Assembly (NCBI GenBank): GCA_951406725.2
Contig: OX597835.1
Location: 31,372,001-31,436,000 of the forward strand
Origin: Octopus vulgaris
Lineage: Eukaryota
Reading direction: 5' to 3'
Length of the DNA stretch: 64,000 bases
The notes beneath the pieces are model-generated. The model worked only from the letters and a program-made list of their open reading frames with translations. It was not told the DNA's origin and made no database searches. Below, piece by piece: positions 43,757 to 58,185 of this stretch. The translations under genes were made by a program, and so were the position numbers. Position 1 is the stretch's first letter. The number at the start of each line of letters is the position of its first letter.

Positions 43757-44430
43757 CGTCTGAGCCTTCAAGGAGGTGAGGATGCAGAATCGATAACACG
43801 CCGGACAAGATGTTAAGAGATATTTCGTCTGTTCTTACGTTGTGAGTTCAAATTCTGCCGAGGTCGACTATGCACTTCATCCTTCCAGGGTCGATAAATT
43901 ATGTTACCAGTTGAACAGGAGGATCGATATCATCTCTTTATTCCCACCCACGAAATTGCAGGCGTTGTGCAACACCTTAAAAGCCATTATTATGTCTGAG
44001 CCCTTAAGGCGGTGAGCTGGTAGAATCAGTTGCACGCCGGACAAAATGCTGACTACTATTTCGTCCGTCTTTACTTTCTGAGCTCACATGCTACCGAGGT
44101 CAATTTTGCCTTTTATCTTTTCGGAGTCGATAAATTAAGCACCAGTTGCATACTGGGGTCGATGTAATTGAAACCCTAGTACGCAAAATTGCTGACTTAG
44201 TGCCAAACTTTGAAACTATTCATACATCTGAGCATTTTAAGGCGGCGAGCTTGCAGAATCGATTGCGCGTCGGACAAAATGCTTGGCAGCATGTCATCGG
44301 TCTTTAGGTTCTAAGTTCAAATGCTGTCGAGACCGACTTTTCATCCCTTCCAGGGTCGATGAAATAAGTACCAATTGAGAACTGGGGTTGATATATGTAA
44401 TCGACGAGACACCCTCCTCCGAAAAATTGA
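43757..44430 (+). mobile_element. Three tandem diverged SINE family A copies (~235-bp period)
   Basis: Each is preceded by tctgagc...aagg(c/a)gg(t/c)gag. Confidence 0.82.
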
Positions 44431-44432
44431 TG

Positions 44433-44494
<62 letters not shown>

Positions 44495-45545
44495 AATGAT
44501 GATGATGATGATGACGATGAAGATAATGATGATGTTGATGATGATGATTACGATGATGATGATTACGATGATTATGATAATTTCTTTAATAATATTTTAT
44601 GACAGGTGTTATAATCGCCATCATTACCTTCATCATTGCTGTAGTCGTTACAGAATTTGAATAATGATAATCCATCAACATGAACATCAATATCATCATC
44701 ATCAAATTCATACCCTTCCTCCTCCTTCCTCCTCCTCCTCCTCATCATCATCATCATCATAAAATTCATCATCACCACCATCATCATCATCAGCGTCACC
44801 ATCATGGCCATCATCATCATCATCATCATCATCAACAACAACAACAACAACATCGTCATCATCATCAGTTGCTGTTATCAAGACTTCCGACATGTTTCAG
44901 CACCATTCCGAACAGAAGCCCCATCACCACAACCGCCAACAACATAGCCATATAACCACCCTCATCTACCACAACGGAAGGTACTCCCACTACCACGCTC
45001 ACCACCAACGAAAACACCACCATCATCATTATTATCAACGGACATCACCATTATCAACACGAACGTTTCTAAGCCGAAGACAGCCATTCCTATCAACACC
45101 AAATCTACCGTCAATTCCATCCACACATCATAATCATTATGATCTATATCACCGCCACCACCACCACCACCCCCGCCGCCTCCACTATGACCTCAACCGC
45201 TGCTGCTACTGCTACTGCTGCTGCCGCTGCCGCCACCGTTGTCGCCACCGCCTCTACGTTATCATTACCTAATTATCACGCTTGATAATCTTAATACAAA
45301 ATATCGCGATATACAACTGCCATGATAAACATGGCGACCCTTGTATTTTTATGTACATTCTGTGTTACGCACATTATGTTTATGCATATATATGAAAGTA
45401 TATACATATTTGTATACACACACACACACACATACACACGTATATAAATGTATGTATATACATACATATATGTATAAATATGTATATGTATATATGTATA
45501 TAAATATACATATATATATAATAAATATATATATCTATGTATATG

Positions 45546-45600
<55 letters not shown>

Positions 45601-45760
45601 GTATATATAGATATATAGATATATATATTCATTATTATATATATATACAGACATATACAGGTATGTATTTGTATGTATACATATACTTATATATATATAT
45701 ATATATATATTTGTATGTATGTATATATTTTTGAATATATATATATATAAGTATACATGC

Positions 45761-45803
<43 letters not shown>

Positions 45804-45974
45804 AAGAGGGAGAGAGTGATGGGAGGGAGAGAGATACTGAAAGAGAGAGATTTCTATATTACTATGGAGAATGCAATATCATATAGTTTATATCTCATAT
45901 GTTTATCATATACGATGAAGATAGCAATGCTAGTGTTCACGACGACGACGATGACGACAACGACGACGACAACA

Positions 45975-46114
45975 ATGAAGATGATGAAGGTGAAGATGAT
46001 GAAGATGAGTCTGAGGAGGAGTACGAAGATAATATCTTAGTAAATGATGATGTCGATGAAAATAATCTCAGCAATAATAATAATAATAATAATGATAATA
46101 TTAATAATAATAAT

Positions 46115-46159
<45 letters not shown>

Positions 46160-46160
46160 T
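45975..46160 (+). repeat. Low-complexity unit duplicated at about 46979-47210
   Basis: gaggaggagta(c/t)gaagataatatcttagtaaatgatgatgtcgatgaaaataatctcag plus (AAT)n in both. Confidence 0.88.
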
Positions 46161-46170
46161 ATCATTATTA

Positions 46171-46255
<85 letters not shown>

Positions 46256-47133
46256 GATCATCAACAATAATCTAATCTTTCTTGAAATCGGCTTCACTTT
46301 TTTTTATGGGAACTAGATATAAGAAAATTGTAATCATTCTTTAATGATACATATGTATATACACCCACATAGATAAATGTGTGTGTGTGCATGTGTGAAC
46401 GTGTGTGTGTGTGTCCGTGTGTGTATGCGTGTGAACACATATTACTAAGCTTAAATTCTTGTCTCGCTGAAGCTGTATCAAGCATGAATAAATACGTGGA
46501 TAACAGTATCTGTATGAAAGGTACTCGCACGCATACACTCACATAAAAAAGATATACATACATAAATACACATATACATATTTATATTTACTCACACACA
46601 CAAAAGCAAAACGACAGAAATAACAACATCGTTTAAGCAGAGAGATAGAAGTAAGATCAAGTCAGAAACTATTATAGTTTAATTCTACGTTTTTCGATGA
46701 TATCACCCCTGCTTGCCATATACCGCCAGTTATCATAATGGCGGTGATAGCCAGACACGCGTATAGACATACACAGGCATGCAAAATACATAGACACATA
46801 AACCCATGCAGCAATATATGTTTTTATGTGTTACAATTAGTTTCATACGATAAAAGCATACCAAACAGTATTTTTTAATATTTCGGGTGAATGTGCGCAA
46901 TCTTCAGGCACTGCCCATATGACATAACGAGCTAAAATAGGACGATAGAATGAAAGACAAAAATGAGAGAAATCATGATAATGATGATGGTGAAGATGAT
47001 GAAGATGCGTCGGAGGAGGAGTATGAAGATAATATCTTAGTAAATGATGATGTCGATGAAAATAATCTCAGTAATAGTAATAATAATAATAATAATAATT
47101 ATAATAATGATGATAATAATAATAACAATAATG

Positions 47134-47211
<78 letters not shown>

Positions 47212-47213
<2 letters not shown>

Positions 47214-47335
47214 CCTACGCAGAACACTTTCCATACAATAACCATCAGAGCATCACAACAAATCACAGAACATACCCAAGGCACACAGAGCTGCGCTCGG
47301 TAGTGAAGTGAAAGCACGCTATAAAAATAAAACTA

Positions 47336-47340
<5 letters not shown>
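47212..47340 (+). mobile_element. 3' end of an R4/Dong-like LINE in (TAA)n
   Basis: ILRRTLSIQ* C-terminus plus short 3' UTR; (AAT)n on both sides. Confidence 0.6.
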
Positions 47341-47383
<43 letters not shown>

Positions 47384-47924
47384 TGAGGCTGAAGACCAGA
47401 AATATTGGAGAAGTGGATAAGTGGATTTCACCAATCTCAGTGTTCAACCGGCCTCTATTTTATCAACCCCGAGAGGATAAAAGATAAAGTCGACCCCGAC
47501 GGAATTTGATCTCAGAACGTAAATGACAAAGTTCGTGGCTAAGATGATAAACTTAATGACGATGATGGTGATGCCGTACGTGGCAAGTATTGTAGATTAT
47601 ATTTTAATTTTAATGAAAGATCTCCAGAGAAGGTTTTAAATTCTTGTATTTTGGGGAGAGGGGGGGGATAAAATTTCCTTAAATTGATGAAAACTCTACA
47701 ACTATTAGAAAAATATTCAAAAATACAATTAAAACAGTTATAACAACTACATAAAAGCAAGAGATGAACACACGGTGGCGATCGGGGGTGGGGAAACGAA
47801 GTGAACGTGGTTAAAGGAGAGTCATAAGAAGAGGAAGGGTGTTGATGAAATTGGTAATAATCTGTTTCTTCATTTTGGCATGGTGTTTTGCTATCCAGTT
47901 TTTTTTTGACATAATGTGTTTCTT

Positions 47925-47984
<60 letters not shown>

Positions 47985-48250
47985 GTCATCATCGTCGTCA
48001 TCATCATCGTCATCATCATCATCATCATTATTATCGAAATCAAAATGAACATCAAAATTGTCTCCACCATCGTGATCGTCATCATCGTCATCATCGTTGT
48101 CGACATCAGCGTCGACGTAATCATGAACATCATCATCACCATCATCATCATCGTTTCAATCAGCATAAGCCGTAGCGGCTGCGGCGGCAGCATTCAGCGG
48201 TAGAGTCGTCAGCGGCATTTTTATTATCATCATCATCATCATCATCATCA

Positions 48251-48439
<189 letters not shown>

Positions 48440-48989
48440 GGCAATATACATGTCATAGATTAAGCTGATGTCTAAGATATATCTAATCTCTGCCTTCCTT
48501 AACGCTCCTTTCTACAATATCATCAAGCTAGTTCCATTCCCCCAACTCTTTGCATTGGTCGTCTCGCTTCTCTGATGCTATCTAGTACAATATACGCAGA
48601 CGCATACACACAAAGATAAAAATAAACATTCACACACAAATACACATAAACACATTCATAAACACTCACTTTCACACACGTATATATATATGTATATATG
48701 TATGTATGTATATATGATATTTGATAAGAAAAAAACATAGCCATTAAGCTTGTCTTTTATCAGAAACGCTGCTTCAGAATAGTATTTTACCTATTAAAAT
48801 CATTATAGCAACGGCCCACGTAGATTGTACTGATATAATTTACCTGTGTTTATATGTATGTGTGTGTGTGTGCATGTATATATATATATATATATATATA
48901 CATATATATACATATATATGTGTATATATATATATATATATTTAATATATATGTATCCATACATAGATATATGCATATATATCTAGCTG

Positions 48990-49023
<34 letters not shown>

Positions 49024-49026
<3 letters not shown>

Positions 49027-49930
49027 TGACAAGAATAAGAATGGAGCAAATCACATCTTTAATTGCTGATTACGCAATACATTACTGACGATCGTTTCTC
49101 CTGTGCCAGCGTGCCAGCATATTTAGATACAGAAAAAGGTATTAAATACCATTCAAATGAATATATCCGAAGATGTGTGTTAACACAACGTTATCAAGGT
49201 AATCCAAATTGGATTGAATTCAAAATGAACTAAAAAAATATCTCTAATCGACGAATGCATATAAAAGGAACCTTAAGAATAAATAAGTATAATATTCTAA
49301 GAAAATCCACTTTAGTATTTAACTATTGATGACGTTAGGGGATAGGGAAAGAATAACCATATACATAGGAATTTTACGTTAGAACAGTTAGAAACTTAGA
49401 AATTCTCCAAAAAATCTGAGAAAAATATGCATATTAGAATATAGGAAAGGCATTATAATTTATCAGTTATTTAGTATTGAAATATTTACATGTTCTTCGA
49501 TATTTATGAGAACATTTCAATGTAAAATTTCTTTTACCATTTAATAATGCTAATTTAGACGTAATTATATAACACATCTCTTCAAGGCAGTGACCACATT
49601 CAAAATTACCAGTATTGTACGATGATGCACAACAGATAATGGATCAATTTAAATCATAGATAATGTTCCTGTCTTTTAAAAACTAAATAAATACATTGAC
49701 ACGTATATAATTAAAATCCGGTGATAATGTATGAATGTGAACCAAGTTTAACGCAGAATAATATCTATCTCCTAGTTACTGTAGTTAAAAATTCTAAGGA
49801 GTAGCGTCTATCTAGCGAAACCAGTAGATATAACAAAAAAGAGGGCCGTATATCTGTTAATTCCACGAAGTAAAACTCATGCAATTAAAACCTGTCGTCG
49901 AGTCCCACACGCTATAACATAGAAGAGTAT
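49024..49930 (-). pseudogene. Penelope-like element remnant: GIY-YIG endonuclease C-terminal region and 3' tail
   Basis: Minus about 49690-49480: LKDRNIIYDLN*SIICCASSYNTGNFECGHCLEEMCYIITSKLALLNGKRNFTLKCSHKY (cf. LKD..I.Y.IKWSII..A..Y..G...C.LCL.EK..LLN..KCRH). Downstream GAAAC gatc GTC^ agtaat at about 49081-49098, then (TA)n. Confidence 0.7.
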
Positions 49931-50321
49931 ATAGTATAACTAGTGGAACCAATAAATGTAACTCAGAAGAGTGGTGTGTATATGTTAAATGGAGCCGAAT
50001 AGTCTAGTAGTTAGGTTGTTGGACTCATGGTCCTAAATTCCTGACTTCGATTCCTGAACCGGATGGCACGTTGTTTTCTTGAGCCAAACACTTCATTTTA
50101 CATTGCTCCATTCCTCTCAGCTGGCAAAAATGCGTAATCCAGCGACAATCTGGCGTACCTCCCAGAAACAGGGAAAATAGACCTACGAGTATATATATGA
50201 CTCGAGAAGGATCTTTTCAAAATTCTATATGTGTATAAGCTCGAGCTAGAAGGTATAACTGAAAGAAATAGGTTTTCCTTCGGATCTTCTTGCGCTACTC
50301 AGTGCATATATATATATATAT

Positions 50322-50487
50322 ACAACATGCTTCTTTCAGTTTCCGTCTACCAAATCCACTCACAAGGCTTTGGTCAACCCAAAGGTATAGTAGAAGACAC
50401 TTGCCCAAGTTACCACACAGTGGAACTGAACCCGGAACCATGTGGTTGGTTAGCAAGCTACTTACCACACGGCCTATCGTGCGCCTA
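50322..50487 (-). mobile_element. SINE family B, 5' half
   Basis: Family B head on the minus strand. Confidence 0.88.
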
Positions 50488-50528
50488 TCTGTATGTATAT
50501 ATATATATATATATACATACTATATGTG

Positions 50529-50586
<58 letters not shown>

Positions 50587-50595
50587 CTATATGTG

Positions 50596-50644
<49 letters not shown>

Positions 50645-51417
50645 CTTTATATATACATATATATATGCGCATATACAGAGAATGAGAGAGATTGAGGGAG
50701 ACAGACAGACAGACAGAAAGAGGAGAAATATGAAAGCAGCGAAGTGCTAATCGGAGTACGTAACATATGAATCTACAGTTACGGTGAAACTTTGAACTCT
50801 TCAATATCGACAATAAAACTCGTCCAGAAATGTATCGAGTGCTTTCTTTCATAGAATTAGTCAGGCCCTGCACACCGTGTAAACGATACATAGATACACA
50901 CATTACACGTATATCTCTATACAAGCGTATAGAGATATACGCATGTACATAAGGAAAACACATACACGTAAACACACTTGCACATACACATACACTCGCA
51001 CATATAAGTATATGTGTAAGTGTACATAAATATGTGTGTGTGTCCGTGTGTGTGTCTTGATGTGGGTTTCTGTAAAGATCGGTGCGATAACAGTAAAAAG
51101 GAAACATAGTGTAATGCTTAACACATTAATTTTTGTTTAACCGTCACGGACGATGTAATAATACGACCTTGCATGACCCACTCTCTCGCTTGCCTTCTCT
51201 CCCACTTTAAACACACATACACACACACATACATACATACATTCATACATACATTTATACACACATGCATACATACATATTATATATATATATATATATA
51301 AATATATATACATATATTTAAATGCATATATATATATATATATACATACACACACACACACATATATATATATATAAATACACACATATATATATAAATA
51401 TATATATATAAATATAA

Positions 51418-51462
<45 letters not shown>

Positions 51463-51481
51463 TATACATATATATATATAT

Positions 51482-51539
<58 letters not shown>

Positions 51540-51871
51540 TATTTCATGTTTCTCTCTTTCAGTCAGCCATTTTCTTTTTTACACTCTTTCTGCCAGTCTT
51601 TCTTTCTGTCTCTCTTTCTTTCTCTCTCTTTCTCCCTCTCGACATGTCGGTCCCTATCTCCCATTCGACAATAATTGCTTCCAAATCAACAGCTGTTTCT
51701 ATCCAAATACAACCAGACTTCCTTCGGGGACAGAGATTCTTTCAACTTCTTAGGATTTATCAAAGAATTAAAAGCCACATTAGTTTATCAACAGCTTAGA
51801 AATATTCATATAACCCCCACATTCTACATGCATGCATGAGTACATGCACTTAATATATGTACGTATGCGCG

Positions 51872-51931
<60 letters not shown>

Positions 51932-51982
51932 CAGACAGATACATACATACAAACATATATATATATGCGTGCATATATATAT

Positions 51983-52037
<55 letters not shown>

Positions 52038-52191
52038 ATATATATATATATATATACAGACAGATACATACATACAAACATATATATATATGCGTGCATA
52101 TATATATATATACATACATATATATATATATATATATACATATACACAGACAGATACATACATATATGCGTGCATGTATATATATAAACGC

Positions 52192-52237
<46 letters not shown>

Positions 52238-52722
52238 TGTGTGCGTGTGTATACGTAAATATGTCTTTGTTTATGCGAGTGTATATGTATGTATTTTTTT
52301 ATATTTGAGTGCTTATATGTCGTAGTGTGTGTGTGTGTGTGTGTGTGCTGAAGAGTACATTCATGTTCTATTCAAGACAAAAACTAAAATAGAAGGCTGT
52401 CTTTGTCACGTGACATAAATGCCATGTTGGAAACAGCAATGAAATTAGAACTGCATTTCCCTACCAACCACCAATTTGTGGATATTTTCAAAAGTCCCTG
52501 ATAAGAGTCATCTTACCCATATAATTAGTCAAAATGCATCGCTGCCTAAAACAATCTTAGCCAGAAGGGACTTGGAAAAGCTCAGTGAGGCCCCAATTTT
52601 CTTCAGGTCGAGTGGCCCATCCCGCTCAAAAGGTCCCTGAATAAGGGTTATTTAAGGATATTATTATTACGTTTATATATTAGTTTTGCAAGATTCTCGA
52701 TGTGAAATCGTGTGTTGAAACA

Positions 52723-52975
52723 GATGTTGTATTTAGGAATGGTCATTTTGCCAGTTTAGCCAAAATGGCTGACCCTTAATAAGGAGAGACACACAAATAA
52801 GAAAGAAGAAAGCAAAGGACCACAGATGAGGTCACGGAAGTGCGATGAACAAACTCTGGCCAAAATAAGATTAAGATTAATGTAAAAAGTAAAGTTGAAG
52901 CAAATTAACACCACATATATAGTGCGTGTGTTTTTATTGGCTAAACTGGCAAAATGACCATTCCCAAATACAAGA

Positions 52976-52980
<5 letters not shown>
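52723..52980. repeat. ~40-bp inverted repeat pair in an element flanked by (TTA)n
   Basis: ttgtattt.ggaatggtcattttgccagtttagccaa / ttggctaaactggcaaaatgaccattcccaaatacaa. Confidence 0.8.
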
Positions 52981-53048
<68 letters not shown>

Positions 53049-53149
53049 TTATCTTAAGTTTTGTTGGAACTCCTGGACAGGTGCATGCGTAGCGTGCTTG
53101 TACCTGCAGCCTACGTTATCATAGTATCTGTTGTTTTTTTTCCAAATAT

Positions 53150-54155
53150 ATAATACTTTGATGATTATTCTAACCGTGTCAAGGAGGCAAACCTTTTATT
53201 AAAGTTCTTCTGGGCATTCTATTCCAGTTTCCTTTATATTCCTCTTGATTCTTGGTGCCTTCTGATACTGTCACCAAATATTGGTACCACTTTCTTCTTC
53301 ATTTAGCATAGTTGGGCTATCTCGTATTTAATGGGATTATATATGTCTAGTTTTTGGCTTTCCTCCTTCATTATTCGTGGATCGGATCTTTCCGGTTTGA
53401 ACGGCAGTTTTTTCTAGCGGTGTCATATGAAATTGTCACCCATAATTATGACCCTAGAATCGATCTATTGCATTTCAATCTGTTTTAGGGTTAGGGTTTG
53501 TTAGGTTTAGGGGTGGGGGAAGGGTATCTTTTTTCTTCACAAATGTAAATAAACCCAATGTGTTTCTTAAACGAGGGGCATATTCATACGGCACAGAATG
53601 CTTTTTAACTCAATAGACGTCACTGATTGGTTGAAATTGCAGAAATTGAAGAAACAAACAACAAATATCTTACAAACTATAGAATTTTCTCAATAAAGCC
53701 AAGAGAAAAAGATGTTTTATAAACACATTCTACCAGTATAGGAAGTTTAAAATTTTTAGTTACCTAGAAATTGTTAAAAACTGCCGTTCAAACCGAAAAG
53801 ATCCCGTGGATCAAGTACCAACACGGCATCAGTTACAGAACACACATAGTGCGCCTTGTGCACAGCTTTTAGTGCTCAAGTACCTGATCTGTTTGGATTG
53901 GGAAATCCACAAGATTTTACAGGTCTCCGACTTAGTCATTCTCGGCAGCTTCTGCTGATAACTTGTCTTGCCTCTCTCTAGAACCACTTTTGACATAGAT
54001 TTCAATTCAGCACTTCCTCTACGTCATCGTGTCGCCACAACTTATAATGGTTTTGGCCAAGTCAAGGGCATTCCATCACGCTATGAGCAGTGGTTTCATG
54101 AACTCTGTTACAGAGGAGCACAGTGGAGATACTTGCTCATTCCTAAGGTTAACCC
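53150..54155 (-). pseudogene. Decayed R4/Dong-like LINE (zinc knuckle and RLE endonuclease region), interrupted by a MITE
   Basis: Minus fragments QNHYKLWRHDD, SETCKILW, QTDQVLEH, DPRIMKEESQKLDIYNPIKYEIAQL, KVCLLDTVRIIIKVL; (TAA)n on both sides. Confidence 0.75.
53384..53804 (+). mobile_element. Merlin-like MITE, 8-bp TSD, internal TTAGGG repeats
   Basis: ~29-bp TIR ggatcttt(t/c)cggtttgaacggcagttttt; TSD cgtggatc at 53376-53383 and 53805-53812. Confidence 0.88.
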
Positions 54156-54159
54156 TCCG

Positions 54160-54203
<44 letters not shown>

Positions 54204-54823
54204 CATCATCATCATCATAATCATCATCATCATCATTATTTGTGGAAGTAGTAGTAGTAGTAGTAGTGGTAGAGAGTAGTAAAACAGTAACAAGAATTAC
54301 AGCAACACAACAACAGCAACAAATTATGATAATTCCTGTGTGAGTGTGTGTAGGTGTGTAAGTAGATGTGTGCAAGGGTTATTTGTAAACGTGTGTGAGT
54401 GTACGGTATGGAGTTACCCATCCCTTCGTCTGTCAGTGGATTGGTGGGGGTGGGCATATGTGGGGGCGGGGAAGTGGCAAGATTTAAGAAATTCACTTGT
54501 TTTAAAAACACTTTATCAAAGATGATCTTGAAGTCAGTTGGATAAATTTGGGTGGATGACGGGAAGTGGTGATGGAGGTGAGGGAGTGGTAATGGAGTGC
54601 AAGATGGTGCGGTGGGATGATGGTGGTGGGGTATAGTGTTGTTGTTGTTGGTGGTGATGGTGATGGTGATGGTGTTGGATGTGGGGATACAAATTTATGA
54701 CGTTAATGATAATGATAATTATAAATACATACACACACACATACGCGTATGTATCTACAAGCACCCGCTCAAAGATATATATATATATATATATACATAT
54801 AGATATATATCTATGTGTGTGTG

Positions 54824-54874
<51 letters not shown>

Positions 54875-54898
54875 GATATATATATCTATGTGTGTGTG

Positions 54899-54944
<46 letters not shown>

Positions 54945-55649
54945 TCTATGTATATGTATATAAAAGAGAGAGATGAATAAATAGATAGATAGATGGATAG
55001 GTAGATACACGCGAACACACAGACACACACACATACATACACACACACACACATACACACATATATATAATAATATATGTACAAACACATGCATTTATAC
55101 ATATATGTATATGATTGTGCGTGTTTGTGTGTTTGTATGTGTGTGTGTTTGTGTGTGTACACACGCGCAGCCTTTCTTTTTACATACATATATACATACA
55201 TCCAGTTAAAATAATATATTTTTTTCAAACCAATCTCCTTCAGTATATTTTGTAGGTAAATTAAACCTGTTATCATCAACTAAATAAGAACGTTTATTCC
55301 TATCAGATAAACTATTTTTTGGGGTGCTGATAATGACTAGAAACACAGAGGGGGAATACTTCAAACAACCTTCATTTTCAAACACTAATCTATCTATATA
55401 TACATATATATATTATGCATACATAAATACATTTACACTCGAGATTCATGGCGGTTTTCATACTCCAAAATATGCGCACGCATACACACGCGTACGCACG
55501 CACGCACACACCCATACTCGCACACACACACACACACACACACACTAACGCATGCACGCCCAAAGACACATGCACATACACATATATCGTATATGTTATG
55601 TACATTCACACGCACCTACCATCGAGGGCACACGTAGGCGGGTGTATAT

Positions 55650-55694
<45 letters not shown>

Positions 55695-55729
55695 CCTGTA
55701 TATATATTCTCTTGTTCTTTTATTATTTC

Positions 55730-56020
55730 CCTTGTTACAGTCAGTGGCTAAGCTGGAGCATTGCCTTCAAGAGATTTAGTCAAACAGATCGACCCCAGGA
55801 CTTATTCTTTGTAAACCTAGTACTTATTCTATCGGTCTCTTTTGCCGAACCGCTATGTTATGGGGATGTAAACACCAACGGGCTTCTTTCAGTTTCCTGA
55901 TACCAAATCCACTCACAAGGTTTTGGTCGATCCGAGACTATAACTCAAACTATTGCCCAAACTGAACACGGAATCATTTGGTTGGAAACCAAGCTTCTTA
56001 CCACACAGAGACGACTGCGT
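55730..56020 (-). mobile_element. SINE family B with internal deletion
   Basis: 3' half fused directly to the 5' half at about 55878. Confidence 0.82.
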
Positions 56021-56022
56021 AT

Positions 56023-56084
<62 letters not shown>

Positions 56085-56620
56085 ATTAAGGTATGTAGAA
56101 AAATACAACATGGACAAGAACGTATAACTCTTAGAAGACGATACAATAAACACGGACAGGACATTCGAAACCCTCAGTCTTCAGTCAAGAACCGGATCAT
56201 CGTAGTAATTTCGGCTGATTAATCTTGAGATTACTAGATCACGGCCAGCCCTCCAAGAAAAACTAAGCAACGAGCATTAGAAAAACTAAGCTGGGAGCGT
56301 AGATTTCCTGGAAGAAGGATCGAATGCATACGGACACCAGGACAGCAAAAGGGACGAATATAAAAAAACAAAAAAATAATGGAATACAGAAACATGAAAT
56401 ACAGAAGCATTAACGGTGAAAACAACAACAAGTGTCTTACGACTGATAACAAGCAAACAAATTTTTTCTCTGGCGCAAGGAAAGGAGCCTTATCGGCGAT
56501 GCCTATAGCGGCGGACGAAAAACAACGATGTTAACACGACGCTGGTCAGAAGCTGAAAGGCAGATTTCGGCCAGCAGTCACGTGACAGATAAGAGAGAAA
56601 AGAAAAGAAAGAGAAGCAAC

Positions 56621-56656
<36 letters not shown>

Positions 56657-56711
56657 GGACAAACGCAACAAAGAGAGAGAAGAGAGAGAAAGAAGATGGC
56701 TTCTTTTAGTT

Positions 56712-57705
56712 TCCGCCTACCAAAACTGTGAGCTCAATCAAGAACATTTTCGTGGTCTTTTCAGACCACAGAACCACTTCTGGCTTCAGGATTGTATGCC
56801 CGACCTGGAGAAACTGCAGTCTCTCCACCAGGTTCACTTCCATGTTCCATGATTGGCATCCATGTAGCAAGCTATGTTTCTTTTTCGATGTCCATGCTGG
56901 CCTCTCTCCATCGTTCACGAACTCAATTGCTGGTGTTCTTTCCCCCTGATGATGATGTTTCTTGAACCTCCTCGTGGGCGTGAGCGAGTGTTGCAAACAC
57001 CCTAACATAACGCCACTTGTATCTTTCTTGAGGATGCATTATTCTGCACCCTGACAAGATATACGCTAGTGTGTCCTTTTCTTCACAAAATCTACACAGC
57101 TGGGCTTCCCTCAAACCTCATCTGTACAGGTTTGTTGGTATTGTGAGTGTGTCATACACCACCCGATGCAGGAAGGAGATGCGGAAAGATGCCAGTCTCC
57201 TCAGGTTTGTCCATGTGACCTTCTTCCTTGGGAAATCCCATTTAGTTCAAGCACCCTGAGATACCATTTCCATAGCTCTTGATCTTTTCTTCCTCCTGGT
57301 TCCGTATTTCTGAGTGGATCATGACTCTCCTCTCCATGATGTCCGCCTAGCGACCTCTACATGTAAATCCAGTGATGTCACGTATCTCCAGTATGTCTTC
57401 AGTCTGTGCGACTGTGGTGCTAGCTATCCACTTTTCTCTGGACCTTGTTCTAATACCTGCATGTCTGACAAACTCATCTTGCGAGTTCCTGTACGAGATA
57501 ACAACATTACATTTTGCGACTTTGAATTCCTCCGCTGCGGACGACAGAGGGAGAAGTAGCTGTCCAGGTCTTATGTACAAGCCTATTAAAATGAAGCTTA
57601 GTGGGGACACCTAACCACCTTCGGAGGTATTCGTTTACATTCCTTTCCATCCTTTCCCCGCTTATCATTGGAACCTCATATAGTATCAATAAACCATATG
57701 AGTCT

Positions 57706-57760
<55 letters not shown>

Positions 57761-58185
57761 GTATATAGTTCATTATTGCCCACAAAGGGCTAAACATAGA
57801 CGAGACAAACAAGGACAGACAAACGGATTAAGTCGATTACATCGACCCCAGTGCGAAACTGGTACTTTATTTATCGACCCCGAAAGGATGAAAGGCAAAG
57901 TCGACCTCGACGGAATTTGAACTCAGAACGTAACGACAGACGAAATACCGCTAAGCATTTCGCCCGGCGCGCTAACGTGTCTGCCAGCTCGGCGCCTAAA
58001 CCATATGAGTCTTAGAAGCAGTCCGTGTTGATAGAGCCATGCCTTGTATTTTCCTGGAAGCAATATTGATTGCAGTTCTGGACAGTATTCACGATAAAGT
58101 CTATTCCGCTTTTCCCACTCCGAATTGGTCATGTTGTATCTCGCAGGTACCAATATAAGGTGATTCATATTTCGACCGTGCCCAT
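56712..58185 (-). pseudogene. Decayed HERO-like (R2-group) LINE: RT thumb, CCHC knuckle, RLE endonuclease
   Basis: LPGKYKAWLYQHGLLLRLIW, LYEVPM...YLRRWLGVP, SAAEEFKVAK, CRFCEEKDTLAYILSGC..QERYKWR, LKPEVVLWSEKTTKMFLIELTV; several frameshifts. Confidence 0.85.
57707..57996 (-). mobile_element. SINE family A with (TA)n(GA)n tail inserted in the HERO-like LINE, 17-bp TSD
   Basis: TSD taaaccatatgagtctt at 57690-57706 and 57997-58013. Confidence 0.93.

Noticed and set aside
45899-46270. Acidic D/E-rich protein-like ORF (also 46950-47303)
   Set aside because: Degenerate (GAT/GAC/AAT)n sequence running into microsatellite, with no domain or splice evidence.
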